NCBI GenBank assembly: GCA_019746105.1
Contig: JAIESK010000023.1
Span: 8,982 to 72,981 of the forward strand
Origin: Alphaproteobacteria bacterium
Lineage (GTDB): Bacteria; Pseudomonadota; Alphaproteobacteria; UBA9655
DNA: 64,000 bases
Direction: 5' to 3'
The notes beneath the pieces are model-generated. The model ran no database searches, was not told the DNA's origin, and worked only from the letters and a program-made list of their open reading frames with translations. A program made the position numbers and the translations under genes. Each line of letters starts with the position of its first letter. The stretch's first letter is position 1. Below, piece after piece: positions 28,805 to 37,742 of the stretch.

Positions 28805-30391
28805 TCAAAATCTAAAAATGCCAAATTGGGTGGGTGAAAAGGGAGCATTTAAGGCTGTAAAAAGACTTAAAGCGATAACTTGACGAGTATCCAATGGATC
28901 AATAATCCCATCATCCCATAACCTTGCAGTAGCGTAATAGGGATGACCTTGCTCTTCATATTGGTCTAAAATTTTCTTTTTAAAAATCTCTTTCTCAGTG
29001 TCTTTTAAATCCTCTTTTTTCACTTCAGTTAAAACACTTGCAGCTTGTTCTCCTCCCATGACTGAAATACGAGCATTGGGCCACATCCATAAAAACCGAG
29101 GGCTATAAGCTCTGCCACACATACCATAATTACCGGCCCCAAAACTTCCTCCAATAATGACCGTAATTTTAGGAACTGCTGCACAAGCTACTGCCATCAC
29201 AAGCTTTGCACCTGCTTTTGCAATACCTTCATTTTCATACTTTTTTCCCACCATAAAACCGCTGATGTTTTGCAAAAATAAAAGAGGAATTTTGCGCTGA
29301 CAACAAAGTTCAATAAAGTGAGCACCCTTTAAAGCTGATTCGGAAAATAGAATGCCATTATTAGCCAGAATTCCAATAGGCCTCCCCCAAAGATGGGCAA
29401 AACCACATATAAGCGTTTCACCATAATTCTTTTTAAATTCTTCAAACTGACTACCATCTACAAGGCGTGCAATAATTTCTTTAACGTCAAAAGCTTTCCG
29501 CAATTGAAGAGGAACGGCCCCGTAAAGCTCTTCCATAGGATAAAGAGGTTCTTCTGGAACTTTAAGAGAGAAGTTTGGTTCTTTTTTGATGTTCAAGGTC
29601 CCAACAATAGTGCGTATTTGTTGCAAAGCCTCATAATCATTTTCTACCAAATAATCTGCCACACCTGAAATTTTAGCATGAACATCTGCTCCCCCCAACT
29701 CTTCTGAAGAAACAATTTCTCCAGTCGCTGCCTTCACAAGGGGAGGGCCTCCCAAAAAAATTGTTCCTTGGTTACGTACAATAACAGTTTCATCAGCCAT
29801 GGCAGGAACATAGGCACCTCCTGCCGTACATGATCCCATCACTGCTGCAATTTGAGGAATTCCTTTGGCTGACATACGGGCTTGATTATAAAAAATACGA
29901 CCAAAATGATTCTTATCGGGGAAAACTTCATCTTGATGGGGAAGATTGGCTCCCCCCGAATCCACAAGATAAATACAAGGAAGATGGTTTTCTTCTGCAA
30001 TTTCTTGTGCACGCAAATGCTTCTTCACCGTCAAAGGATAATATGTTCCTCCCTTCACGGTGGCATCATTGGCAACAATCATGCACTCATGGCCATGAAT
30101 AGGACCAATACCCGTAATTAAGCCCGCAGACGGAACATGATTGTTATAAAGTCCATAGGCAGCCATGGCGCCAATTTCTAAAAAAGGTGCTTCAGAATCC
30201 AGTAGTTTTTCAATACGCTCACGAGGAAGCAACTTTCCTCGTGTTAAGTGTTTTTCTTTAGCTTTCTCTTCACCTCCACTTTGAACCTCTTTGAGTTTTT
30301 GCTTAAACTCCTTCACAAGGCTTTTCATATGCTTTTCATTTTCTTGAAAAGTTTTTGATGTTGGATCAAGGGATGAGGTTAACACAGTCAT
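28805..30391 (-). CDS. 3-methylcrotonyl-CoA carboxylase beta subunit (carboxyltransferase)
   Basis: 528 aa. Typical carboxyltransferase blocks ([34 protein letters not shown]). Confidence 0.9.
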   Translation of the reverse strand: MTVLTSSLDPTSKTFQENEKHMKSLVKEFKQKLKEVQSGGEEKAKEKHLTRGKLLPRERIEKLLDSEAPFLEIGAMAAYGLYNNHVPSAGLITGIGPIHGHECMIVANDATVKGGTYYPLTVKKHLRAQEIAEENHLPCIYLVDSGGANLPHQDEVFPDKNHFGRIFYNQARMSAKGIPQIAAVMGSCTAGGAYVPAMADETVIVRNQGTIFLGGPPLVKAATGEIVSSEELGGADVHAKISGVADYLVENDYEALQQIRTIVGTLNIKKEPNFSLKVPEEPLYPMEELYGAVPLQLRKAFDVKEIIARLVDGSQFEEFKKNYGETLICGFAHLWGRPIGILANNGILFSESALKGAHFIELCCQRKIPLLFLQNISGFMVGKKYENEGIAKAGAKLVMAVACAAVPKITVIIGGSFGAGNYGMCGRAYSPRFLWMWPNARISVMGGEQAASVLTEVKKEDLKDTEKEIFKKKILDQYEEQGHPYYATARLWDDGIIDPLDTRQVIALSLFTALNAPFSPTQFGIFRF

Positions 30392-30403
30392 GATGTTTTC
30401 CTC

Positions 30404-31546
30404 TCAACCATTTTCTTTAAAAATTTCACGCCCAATAAGCATACGACGTATTTCAGAAGTTCCCGCTCCAATTTCAAATAACTTGGCATCCCTTAGAAGC
30501 CTGCCCGTAGGATACTCGTTAATATATCCATTTCCTCCTAAGCATTGAATCGCTTCCAGGGCCATTTGAGTCGCTCTTTCAGCAGCATAAAGAATGGCAC
30601 CTGCCGAATCTTTTCGCGTAATTTTTTTTTGATCACAGGCTTTGGCAACCGTATAAACGTAAGCCCGACAAGCACTTAGATTTGTGTACATATCGGCAAT
30701 CTTGCCTTGGATAAATTGAAATTCCCCGATGGGTTTATTAAATTGATGACGTTCGTGAATGTAAGGAACAACCACATCAAGGCAAGCTTGGAGAATACCT
30801 AAGGGTCCTCCTGCAAGCACAACCCTTTCATAATCAAGACCACTCATCAGAACTTTGACTCCTTGATTCACTTCCCCAAGGATATTTTGCTCAGGAACGC
30901 GACAATCTTCAAAAACAAGCTCACAGGTCCCAGAACCACGCATGCCAAGTTTATCCAGCTTTTGAGCCGTCCTAAATCCCGCCATCCCTTTCTCAATGAG
31001 AAAAGCTGTAATTCCCTTATCAGTCCTGGCATAGACCACCAAAACATCCGCATAAGGGCCATTGGTGATCCACATTTTTGTGCCATTTAAAATATAGTCT
31101 TTCCCCTCTTTAACCGCAGATGCCCGCATACTCAAAACATCGGAGCCGGCTCCCACTTCACTCATGGCCAGAGCTCCCACATGGTCACCAGAAATAAGTC
31201 TTGGAAGAAATTTTTTTTTCTGCGAAGGGGTTCCATGAAGGCGAATTTGGTTAACACAAAGGTTAGAATGGGCGGCAAAGCTGAGTCCTACAGAAGCAGA
31301 AGCTCGGGAGAGCTCTTCCATAGCAATCACGTGCTCCAAATATCCCATCCCGGCACCACCGTCTGTTTCTTCAACCGTAATCCCTAAAAGACCAAGAGCT
31401 CCTAATTTTGGCCATAAATCTCTTGGAAAGATATCTTTATGATCAATCTCATAGGCGCGAGGGGCTATCTCTTTTTGAGCAAAGTCATGCACTGTTTTTC
31501 GAACAGATTCAGTAACTTCTTCTAAAAAGAAAGGCAAATTTTGCAC
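30404..31546 (-). CDS. isovaleryl-CoA dehydrogenase
   Basis: Acyl-CoA dehydrogenase with C-terminal block [35 protein letters not shown] at 31544-31546 behind GAGG gives [11 protein letters not shown] (380 aa). The track start at 31615 (GTG) adds 23 atypical residues. Confidence 0.85.
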   Translation of the reverse strand: MQNLPFFLEEVTESVRKTVHDFAQKEIAPRAYEIDHKDIFPRDLWPKLGALGLLGITVEETDGGAGMGYLEHVIAMEELSRASASVGLSFAAHSNLCVNQIRLHGTPSQKKKFLPRLISGDHVGALAMSEVGAGSDVLSMRASAVKEGKDYILNGTKMWITNGPYADVLVVYARTDKGITAFLIEKGMAGFRTAQKLDKLGMRGSGTCELVFEDCRVPEQNILGEVNQGVKVLMSGLDYERVVLAGGPLGILQACLDVVVPYIHERHQFNKPIGEFQFIQGKIADMYTNLSACRAYVYTVAKACDQKKITRKDSAGAILYAAERATQMALEAIQCLGGNGYINEYPTGRLLRDAKLFEIGAGTSEIRRMLIGREIFKENG

Positions 31547-31735
31547 GTGCTGCCTCAGTCCCTTGAAATTTCTTTTTTTATTTACGTGCTTACAGTATGC
31601 CAGAAAAAGACCCACTCACCAAAGTTTTTCATCATCTATGATTTCTGCAGATGGTTTTCTCTTTAATGCACGACATCTCCCTCGCGACATTCAAGAAGTC
31701 ACTTATAAAAAAAAACTTCATTCCCTTTACGCTTG

Positions 31736-33448
31736 CTAACAGCTCACATTATATTGATTAACGTATGGTTTTACAGTAACAAAATGCTTCTCAAGAGTTA
31801 TAATTTGATCGACCTTATGAGCAAGGTATGGGCGATGAGTGATAATGATCTTTGTTGCATGAGGGAGAAATTTTTCAATGTTATTTTGAATGATAAAATC
31901 CGTGTCTTTATCTAAAGATGAAGTACTTTCATCAAAAATACAAATTTTAGGCTTTTTAAGAAAAAGACGCGCAAGAGAAAGCCGTTGTTTTTCCCCTCCC
32001 GATAATTTTAAACCTCTATCCCCCACAATTGTGTTAAGACCCTGAGGTAGTTTGTTTATGAAATCAAGAAGGTGTGCTCTATCTAAGGCCTCCTCGATTT
32101 CCTGAAGAGTAGCTTCAGGAAGTACAAACTGAACGTTATTCTTAATTGTATCATTCAATAAGTAACTTTCTTGAGGAACCCACCCTATTGTCTCATATAG
32201 AGACTCTAAGGAAAACTGCTTTATGTCTGTCTGGTTAATAAAAACCTGACCTTCTGTAGGGTCATATAACCTCAGAAGTAACTTTGCTATGGTAGACTTT
32301 CCGACCCCTGTCGATCCCATAATCAGGGCAGTTTCACCCGCTTCTATTTTAAAAGAAATATTTTCCAAGATATTTCTGTCATTATACTTAAAAGATACAT
32401 TGTCAAAATGTATTTGAAAATGAGAGCCTGATAAAACACGAGGCTGAGAAGCCTCGATGATCTCACTTGTTGTTAACAACAGATCGAGAATCCCTTTCAT
32501 ATCAATAAGGGCTTTTTTAATGTCGTGTGTGAGTTGACCTAAGATGCTAATAGGGATAATAAATTGTAAAATATACCCATTAAATAAGATAAAATCTCCA
32601 ATGGTTAAAGATCCTTTCAAAACGTCTTGGCCAATAAGATAGATAAGAGAAGAAAGCCCAAATCCTAAAATTAAAGATTGCCCCACATGGATTAGACTAT
32701 ATTTCGTCATAAATGTAACTTCAACGGTTTCTCGTTTTTTTAACTCCCTTTCGCAAGTACGGACTGCTAACTCACGTTTACCAAAAACTTTAATCGCCTG
32801 ATAATTTGAAAGCCAATCTGTGACAATACCGTCAACGCTTCTATCAACCTCGTTGGCTTCTTCACGATCTTTTAGGACCGCTCTAATGGAGAGGGAGGTA
32901 TAAATAAAAAATGATCCCAAGATCCCTATCATGAGGAAGCTATAGACAAAGGGATAAAGACTAGAGATCAAAATAATAACAAATAGAAGTTCAAATACAG
33001 TTGGGAGAACATGAAAAAATACTCCAAGGATAATACTTGGTACATCTTGCTGTGCTCTTCTTATAATGTTCGTTAAAGCTCCTGGTTTTTGATTAAGGAA
33101 ATAGCTGTGAGAAAGGCTATAAAGATGAGACAGAACCTTTATTCCTAAAATAAAGGTAATACGTTGTTCAATTTTATAGGTTAGCAGCCCTCGCACATGA
33201 AGAGAGGCTTGGCTGATCATCCAAATCAATCCGTAGCTTAACAAAATCAATGTGATGGATAGTGAGCTTTGTAAAGAAAAAGAGTCTACGATCTTTTTGA
33301 GAAGAAGAGGAATAGATAAATTTGAGAGAATTCCAATACTTAATCCTACAAGAGAGAAGAAAAAGCTCCAACGAATTTTTTTGTCCTCAAATGTACTAGA
33401 AAGAATTTTTTTAATGCACCGTCCATATGCCTGATAGTTTGAACCCAT
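31736..33448 (-). CDS. half-size ABC exporter (TMD-NBD), McjD-like putative lasso-peptide export/immunity pump
   Basis: 570 aa. Six predicted TM helices, then Walker A GSTGVGKST, signature LSGGEKQRLSLAR, Walker B ICIFDESTSSLD and H-loop ITHR. Starts 7 nt after the cyclase stop. Confidence 0.7.
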   Translation of the reverse strand: MGSNYQAYGRCIKKILSSTFEDKKIRWSFFFSLVGLSIGILSNLSIPLLLKKIVDSFSLQSSLSITLILLSYGLIWMISQASLHVRGLLTYKIEQRITFILGIKVLSHLYSLSHSYFLNQKPGALTNIIRRAQQDVPSIILGVFFHVLPTVFELLFVIILISSLYPFVYSFLMIGILGSFFIYTSLSIRAVLKDREEANEVDRSVDGIVTDWLSNYQAIKVFGKRELAVRTCERELKKRETVEVTFMTKYSLIHVGQSLILGFGLSSLIYLIGQDVLKGSLTIGDFILFNGYILQFIIPISILGQLTHDIKKALIDMKGILDLLLTTSEIIEASQPRVLSGSHFQIHFDNVSFKYNDRNILENISFKIEAGETALIMGSTGVGKSTIAKLLLRLYDPTEGQVFINQTDIKQFSLESLYETIGWVPQESYLLNDTIKNNVQFVLPEATLQEIEEALDRAHLLDFINKLPQGLNTIVGDRGLKLSGGEKQRLSLARLFLKKPKICIFDESTSSLDKDTDFIIQNNIEKFLPHATKIIITHRPYLAHKVDQIITLEKHFVTVKPYVNQYNVSC

Positions 33449-33455
33449 AAAGAAC

Positions 33456-35237
33456 TTAACTCCAATATTTTAAGTATATTTCAACCGATGCCAGATGCAT
33501 AAAAGGTATTATATCGCTAACATCTCCATTACTTATTAGTTTTATTGTATTACATAACCGTTCTTTATCAATAAGACCTTCTCTAGCAAATTTTCCTTCT
33601 AAACAGAGGTCATAAACGTAATCTAAGTTTTTCTTAATGCCTAATTGAAGGATTCCGGTCGTTTGGCTTTTATCTCGCCTCCACACGGTTTCCGTTTTAA
33701 AGTGATCACTCACAGCCTTGCGAAGAGGAAATCGATCAAATCCTTTATCGAAAAGATCATACGTAGGAAAAGACAAAGCAAATTCAACTACGGGTTCATA
33801 AAGAAATGGGTAATGAGTTGGATAAATTCGATCCATTTCCATATGTATAGATGATAACCCTTCATAAAGAAGGTCAATTTGATCATATTTCCCTGGAAGA
33901 ATTTCTTTTGGTAAGTCATCATATATGGGATGAACAAAATCAGAAGATATAATATGATGTATTTCTAGATTAAGCCATGAAGGTATTTCATCTTGTGTAT
34001 TTTTAGGATTTCTCTTTTCCAAACGTTGAGACAAAAAATACCTTCGAAGGTGTGTAACATTTTCTTTAAGAATCGAAAAAAATGGATCTCGATAAAAAGT
34101 TGTGAGTTTCTGTAACTGCTTCCTAGATCCTTTTAAACCTTTTTCAAGAATGTAATCTGTTAAAGATTTCTTTGAAGGGGGACACATGAAAACATGATCA
34201 CTACCGTGTCCGCTAATAAAAGAACAAGATCCCTTTGAGGGAAGATGTGCTGCTGTATTTTCAAATCCCCTTAAACTAATCAATCCTGAGAAAGGCTTAT
34301 TAGGGTTTATGAGTTGTTTTTTTTGACACTGGTCAAATGGAGGAGTGTTTGACATGTCAATTTCAATAAGTTCGATTCCTGTTTCCTGACATACTCTCTT
34401 CGCATGAAAAGTCTCATTTGATGATTTAAGAGCAGAATGAAAATAGTTGATAGCATTCAATGTTTGATTTTCTCTTTTAATATTTTTAAGACAATATACT
34501 AGCGCAGAAGAATCTAGTCCTCCAGAAAGACTTACACATATATTATCATAGGGTTCTATCCATGGTTTTAAGGTTGCCTGAAGCACCCCCACAGCGTCGC
34601 TCCTTTGATAAGCTGATGATTTATAAGAACTTAAAGGATTCCAAAAGGGTGTTGTTGCTTTTTCATTTTTATTTATTGTCAAACAACAGGCTGGAGGTAA
34701 CTCGTAAACATCCTTAAAGGGAGTATGAACGGCACTACTATTTCTAAAGATCAGGTAGGAATATAAATATTTCCAGTTGATCTCAGGCTTATAGTTAAGA
34801 ACTTTAAAAATAAATTCTATATCGGAAGAAAATAAAACATTTCCATTCGCAAGAATAAAATAAAAAAAAGGAAGTTGGCCAGATGAGTCAATAACAATTT
34901 CAAATTGAGATGTTTTTGGATTGTTACTTATAAATAGATATTTTCCCCAGATTTTATCTAGGATTTTTTCTTTATTAATGTAGGATAAAGTTTGAAAATC
35001 TTTCTTTTTAAGAGACGAGCTTTTTTCTTTATAAAAAACACGCCCCATTAAAATGTGAGAATCATTTTCCCAGATCTCATCCTTATCTTGAAGTTCTGAT
35101 AACTTTCCATAACAAAGTGTAAGAATGCCTTTCTTTAGAATAGTAGGAGAGTTTTTTGAGTAGGATGCAATTATAGAGGAAAGCAATTCAGACTTAATGG
35201 GTATATTGCTAAAATCAATAAACCCTATATATATCAT
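33456..35237 (-). CDS. asparagine-synthetase-like lasso peptide isopeptide-bond cyclase (C protein)
   Basis: 593 aa. PP-loop SLSGGLDSSALVY. The N-terminus MIYIGF lacks the Cys2 glutaminase nucleophile of true AsnB. ATGA overlap with the B gene. Confidence 0.8.
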   Translation of the reverse strand: MIYIGFIDFSNIPIKSELLSSIIASYSKNSPTILKKGILTLCYGKLSELQDKDEIWENDSHILMGRVFYKEKSSSLKKKDFQTLSYINKEKILDKIWGKYLFISNNPKTSQFEIVIDSSGQLPFFYFILANGNVLFSSDIEFIFKVLNYKPEINWKYLYSYLIFRNSSAVHTPFKDVYELPPACCLTINKNEKATTPFWNPLSSYKSSAYQRSDAVGVLQATLKPWIEPYDNICVSLSGGLDSSALVYCLKNIKRENQTLNAINYFHSALKSSNETFHAKRVCQETGIELIEIDMSNTPPFDQCQKKQLINPNKPFSGLISLRGFENTAAHLPSKGSCSFISGHGSDHVFMCPPSKKSLTDYILEKGLKGSRKQLQKLTTFYRDPFFSILKENVTHLRRYFLSQRLEKRNPKNTQDEIPSWLNLEIHHIISSDFVHPIYDDLPKEILPGKYDQIDLLYEGLSSIHMEMDRIYPTHYPFLYEPVVEFALSFPTYDLFDKGFDRFPLRKAVSDHFKTETVWRRDKSQTTGILQLGIKKNLDYVYDLCLEGKFAREGLIDKERLCNTIKLISNGDVSDIIPFMHLASVEIYLKYWS

Positions 35238-35857
35238 ATCTTTAACTTTCTAAAAGGCTCATTTAAAATAATACTTAGTCCTCTTCTTAAGTCTTGTGAA
35301 TCCATGATAACTAAGCCATTGCATTCTACCCAGGCATGAGCAAAGAAAGGATAATTCTGCACTCCTATTTCAATATTGCATTTCCACTTTCGTTTTAGAG
35401 CTAATAAAACATATGTGATAGCCCACTCTAAACACTTTGTTCTTTTTGGATATAAAAGACATGCCTTATTAACTATATTAGCAAGGTCTGCCAATTCTTT
35501 CTCCGAAGGAATGGTATATCTTACTTGAAACTTTCGAGTTCTTTTTATTAAATTAATTACAGGATAGAATCCCGCAAATTTTGTATAAAAATTAACTTTT
35601 AGAAGTGTCACAAGAGCTTTTATTACGAAAACATTCAAAGAAATGTTTTTATTTTCTAAAGGTAGATTCCAATCCACATTTGCAACCCCCTCAGAGTTAG
35701 GTTTTTGGTCAATATAGAAAGAAAAAGGAGTATCTTTTTCTTCAATAAGGTTAGCTTTAATAAGTTGTTGGATATTTTCATTGTAATTTGTAAGATATGA
35801 GAAATCCACAAAGGAATCAACATTTTCAGATTTTGATTTCTTATCTATTGTCAACAA
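35234..35857 (-). CDS. lasso peptide leader peptidase (transglutaminase-like B protein, fused McjB-type)
   Basis: 207 aa (McjB is ~208). Cys/His/Asp arrangement is KRTKCLEWAITY ... FFAHAWVECNG ... LVIMDSQD. The only available start is TTG at 35857, and an ATG lies 18 nt upstream in frame but is separated by a TGA. Confidence 0.75.
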   Translation of the reverse strand: MLTIDKKSKSENVDSFVDFSYLTNYNENIQQLIKANLIEEKDTPFSFYIDQKPNSEGVANVDWNLPLENKNISLNVFVIKALVTLLKVNFYTKFAGFYPVINLIKRTRKFQVRYTIPSEKELADLANIVNKACLLYPKRTKCLEWAITYVLLALKRKWKCNIEIGVQNYPFFAHAWVECNGLVIMDSQDLRRGLSIILNEPFRKLKI

Positions 35858-35918
35858 TTTTCACAATTTTTTCATCTCGAATTTTGAAGGCTAATTAAGG
35901 ATAATAAATATCAATATT

Positions 35919-37742
35919 CTAATAACAATTCAATGTTTCCATGTGCTTATCAATCCACTTAATACTCCGTTCAAGAGCATCACGTTGGTTTTTTGGATGT
36001 TCAAATATATGACCTTCATCAAGATATTGGATATATTCGGTTTCAACACCTTGTGCTTTGATATAATCATACAATGTCTTGACTGAATTATAAGCATCCA
36101 CTCCTCCTAATTCTGGATTTCCCATAAGAAATAAAGTGGGTGTCCTTACTCCCTTCCATCGTAAAAAAGTGTTCCCTGAAACTTTTTGAAATAATTTTAG
36201 TTCTTCAAGCCATCCTTCTTTAGAGACTATTGCTCGAAATCGATGGGTCATGCTAAGAAGTCGATTTACTCGCCTTCCTCCAGCACTATGACCAATGATT
36301 GCTATACGATTAGGATCAATAACTTCTTGATTAGCGAGGAAATCAATCCCGGCCTCTATATCTCTAATGTCACAGTTTATTATTTCATTTTCTGATATGC
36401 CATCCCAATTAATCTCACGAGAACCAAAAGAAGCAGATGAACGGAACTCGGGTATAAAAACAGCATAGCCTCTAGCTGCCCACATATGCCATTCGAGAGG
36501 TGAGTTAACTAGAATTCCACCCATTAAATAAATACTGGCACCTTCTCCTCCCCCATGAATATCCACAACAAGAGGATAAGAAATTTCTTTTTGATAGTCT
36601 AAGGGCATCACTAAGAGACCATATAAATTTGTTGGATAGTCCGGAGTGCGCCATTCAATCTCACGTACTTCACTGAGGGCCATATCTTGTGGAACGGCGG
36701 GGATACAAATTTGTTCATTTATGTTATCTTCTGTGCTTGAAGCAACTCCTATAATTTTGTTACTATGAGCATCTTGTCCAGTCCAAGCTATGAGCTCCCC
36801 ATCTGGAGAAATGGAATAACTTTCTATATTTAGGGGTGCATTTGTTATTTGCTTTAATTTTCTTGTATCCGTATCAATTTTATAAATCTGTTTATAAGCA
36901 CCATAACTTCTCAGAAAGTAAATAAATCGTCCATCAGGAGACCACTGAGGAGAAAACACTTTCATTTCATGGGTCAAGCGCTCAATTGGTTGCAAAATAT
37001 CCTTCTTCTTGGATGTATAGTTTACAACACAAAGACTTGGCATAAAGTTAAATTGCGGGTTATCTACATCAGATGTATATGCAATGAAGTTTCCATCAGA
37101 AGACAAAACAGGCGAAAGATATTGCTGCAATCCTGCAAACTCAGCAACAATATGTATTTGTCCATTATGAATGTTTAAGGATTGAATCCAAGTATAATTA
37201 TCCTCTTCCTTGAAAAAAAAACCTATACGCTCTTTCATAAAAAGAAGTTCTTCTCCATTTTGAAACCAAGAGAGGAAGCGGATGTTTTCCTGAATCGAAG
37301 CTACTTCTCGAAATTTTCCTGTCATTACATCAATAACATTTATTTTACTTTGGGGGGGGACTCTTTTTTCCCAATAAGCAAAGGGGGAACGATATATGAG
37401 AGCTATTTGCTTTGAATCAGGGGACCAAGTAAACTCAAAAGAAAAGAAAAATCCCTCCCCCAGCCCCTCAGAAAAAAAAGTCAACTGCTTTAAATTCTTT
37501 CCTTCCTTATCCATTAACCAAAGTTGTTTTTCTTCCTTTTTTCCACGAACAAAGACCATCCATTGTCCATTAGGAGAAGGGGTGGGATAAGTTCCTTCTC
37601 CTAATAATTTAGGCTTTTTCGTGAGAAGATCACATATTTGTATGGTCCATTTTTGTTTATTTCCAATAGGCGGAAAATCGTAAAGAATAGTCTTGTTGTT
37701 TAACCACTTTATGGATAAAGAACCCCATTTCTTTTTAGACAT
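35919..37742 (-). CDS. S9-family serine peptidase with N-terminal PD40/TolB-like beta-propeller, candidate lasso-peptide isopeptidase
   Basis: Propeller repeats are SPNGQWMVFV, WSPDSKQIALI, SSDGNFIAYT, WSPDGRFIYFL and ISPDGELIAWT. The catalytic triad is intact: GHSAGG, GGVD and EGHIF. ATG at 37740-37742 preferred. The track start (TTG at 37835) adds a Pro/Ser-rich 31-aa extension. No signal peptide seen. Confidence 0.7.
   Translation of the reverse strand: MSKKKWGSLSIKWLNNKTILYDFPPIGNKQKWTIQICDLLTKKPKLLGEGTYPTPSPNGQWMVFVRGKKEEKQLWLMDKEGKNLKQLTFFSEGLGEGFFFSFEFTWSPDSKQIALIYRSPFAYWEKRVPPQSKINVIDVMTGKFREVASIQENIRFLSWFQNGEELLFMKERIGFFFKEEDNYTWIQSLNIHNGQIHIVAEFAGLQQYLSPVLSSDGNFIAYTSDVDNPQFNFMPSLCVVNYTSKKKDILQPIERLTHEMKVFSPQWSPDGRFIYFLRSYGAYKQIYKIDTDTRKLKQITNAPLNIESYSISPDGELIAWTGQDAHSNKIIGVASSTEDNINEQICIPAVPQDMALSEVREIEWRTPDYPTNLYGLLVMPLDYQKEISYPLVVDIHGGGEGASIYLMGGILVNSPLEWHMWAARGYAVFIPEFRSSASFGSREINWDGISENEIINCDIRDIEAGIDFLANQEVIDPNRIAIIGHSAGGRRVNRLLSMTHRFRAIVSKEGWLEELKLFQKVSGNTFLRWKGVRTPTLFLMGNPELGGVDAYNSVKTLYDYIKAQGVETEYIQYLDEGHIFEHPKNQRDALERSIKWIDKHMETLNCY

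Noticed and set aside
31547-31735. Small minus-strand ORFs between the exporter and ivd: MKFFFISDFLNVAREMSCIKEKTICRNHR, MSRGRCRALKRKPSAEIIDDEKLW and [17 protein letters not shown] (31582-31635).
   Set aside because: None has a lasso-type leader/core layout or a Shine-Dalgarno. I also considered a leader-peptide attenuator for the liu operon, but the ORFs have no run of Leu codons.
31651-31761. A plus-strand 36-aa ORF MVFSLMHDISLATFKKSLIKKNFIPFTLANSSHYID (..FT-L | ANSSHYID), considered as a divergent precursor.
   Set aside because: The putative core would be only 8 residues and end at the ring-forming Asp, so there would be no tail to thread. The ORF overlaps the 3' end of the exporter gene on the opposite strand and has no RBS.
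35861-35863. TGA recoding (Trp or Sec) to rescue the ATG start of the lasso B gene.
   Set aside because: TGA clearly terminates well-supported genes in this window, for example wecB at 616-618, the ORF ending at 12382-12384, and B itself at 35234-35236. No SECIS-like context was recognised.
37352-37359. A G8 homopolymer inside the peptidase gene, considered as a slipped-strand phase-variation switch.
   Set aside because: Comparable G/C runs occur in the housekeeping gene holA (C8 at 60479-60486 and G7 at 60781-60787). The tract is in frame, so there is no evidence that it is special.
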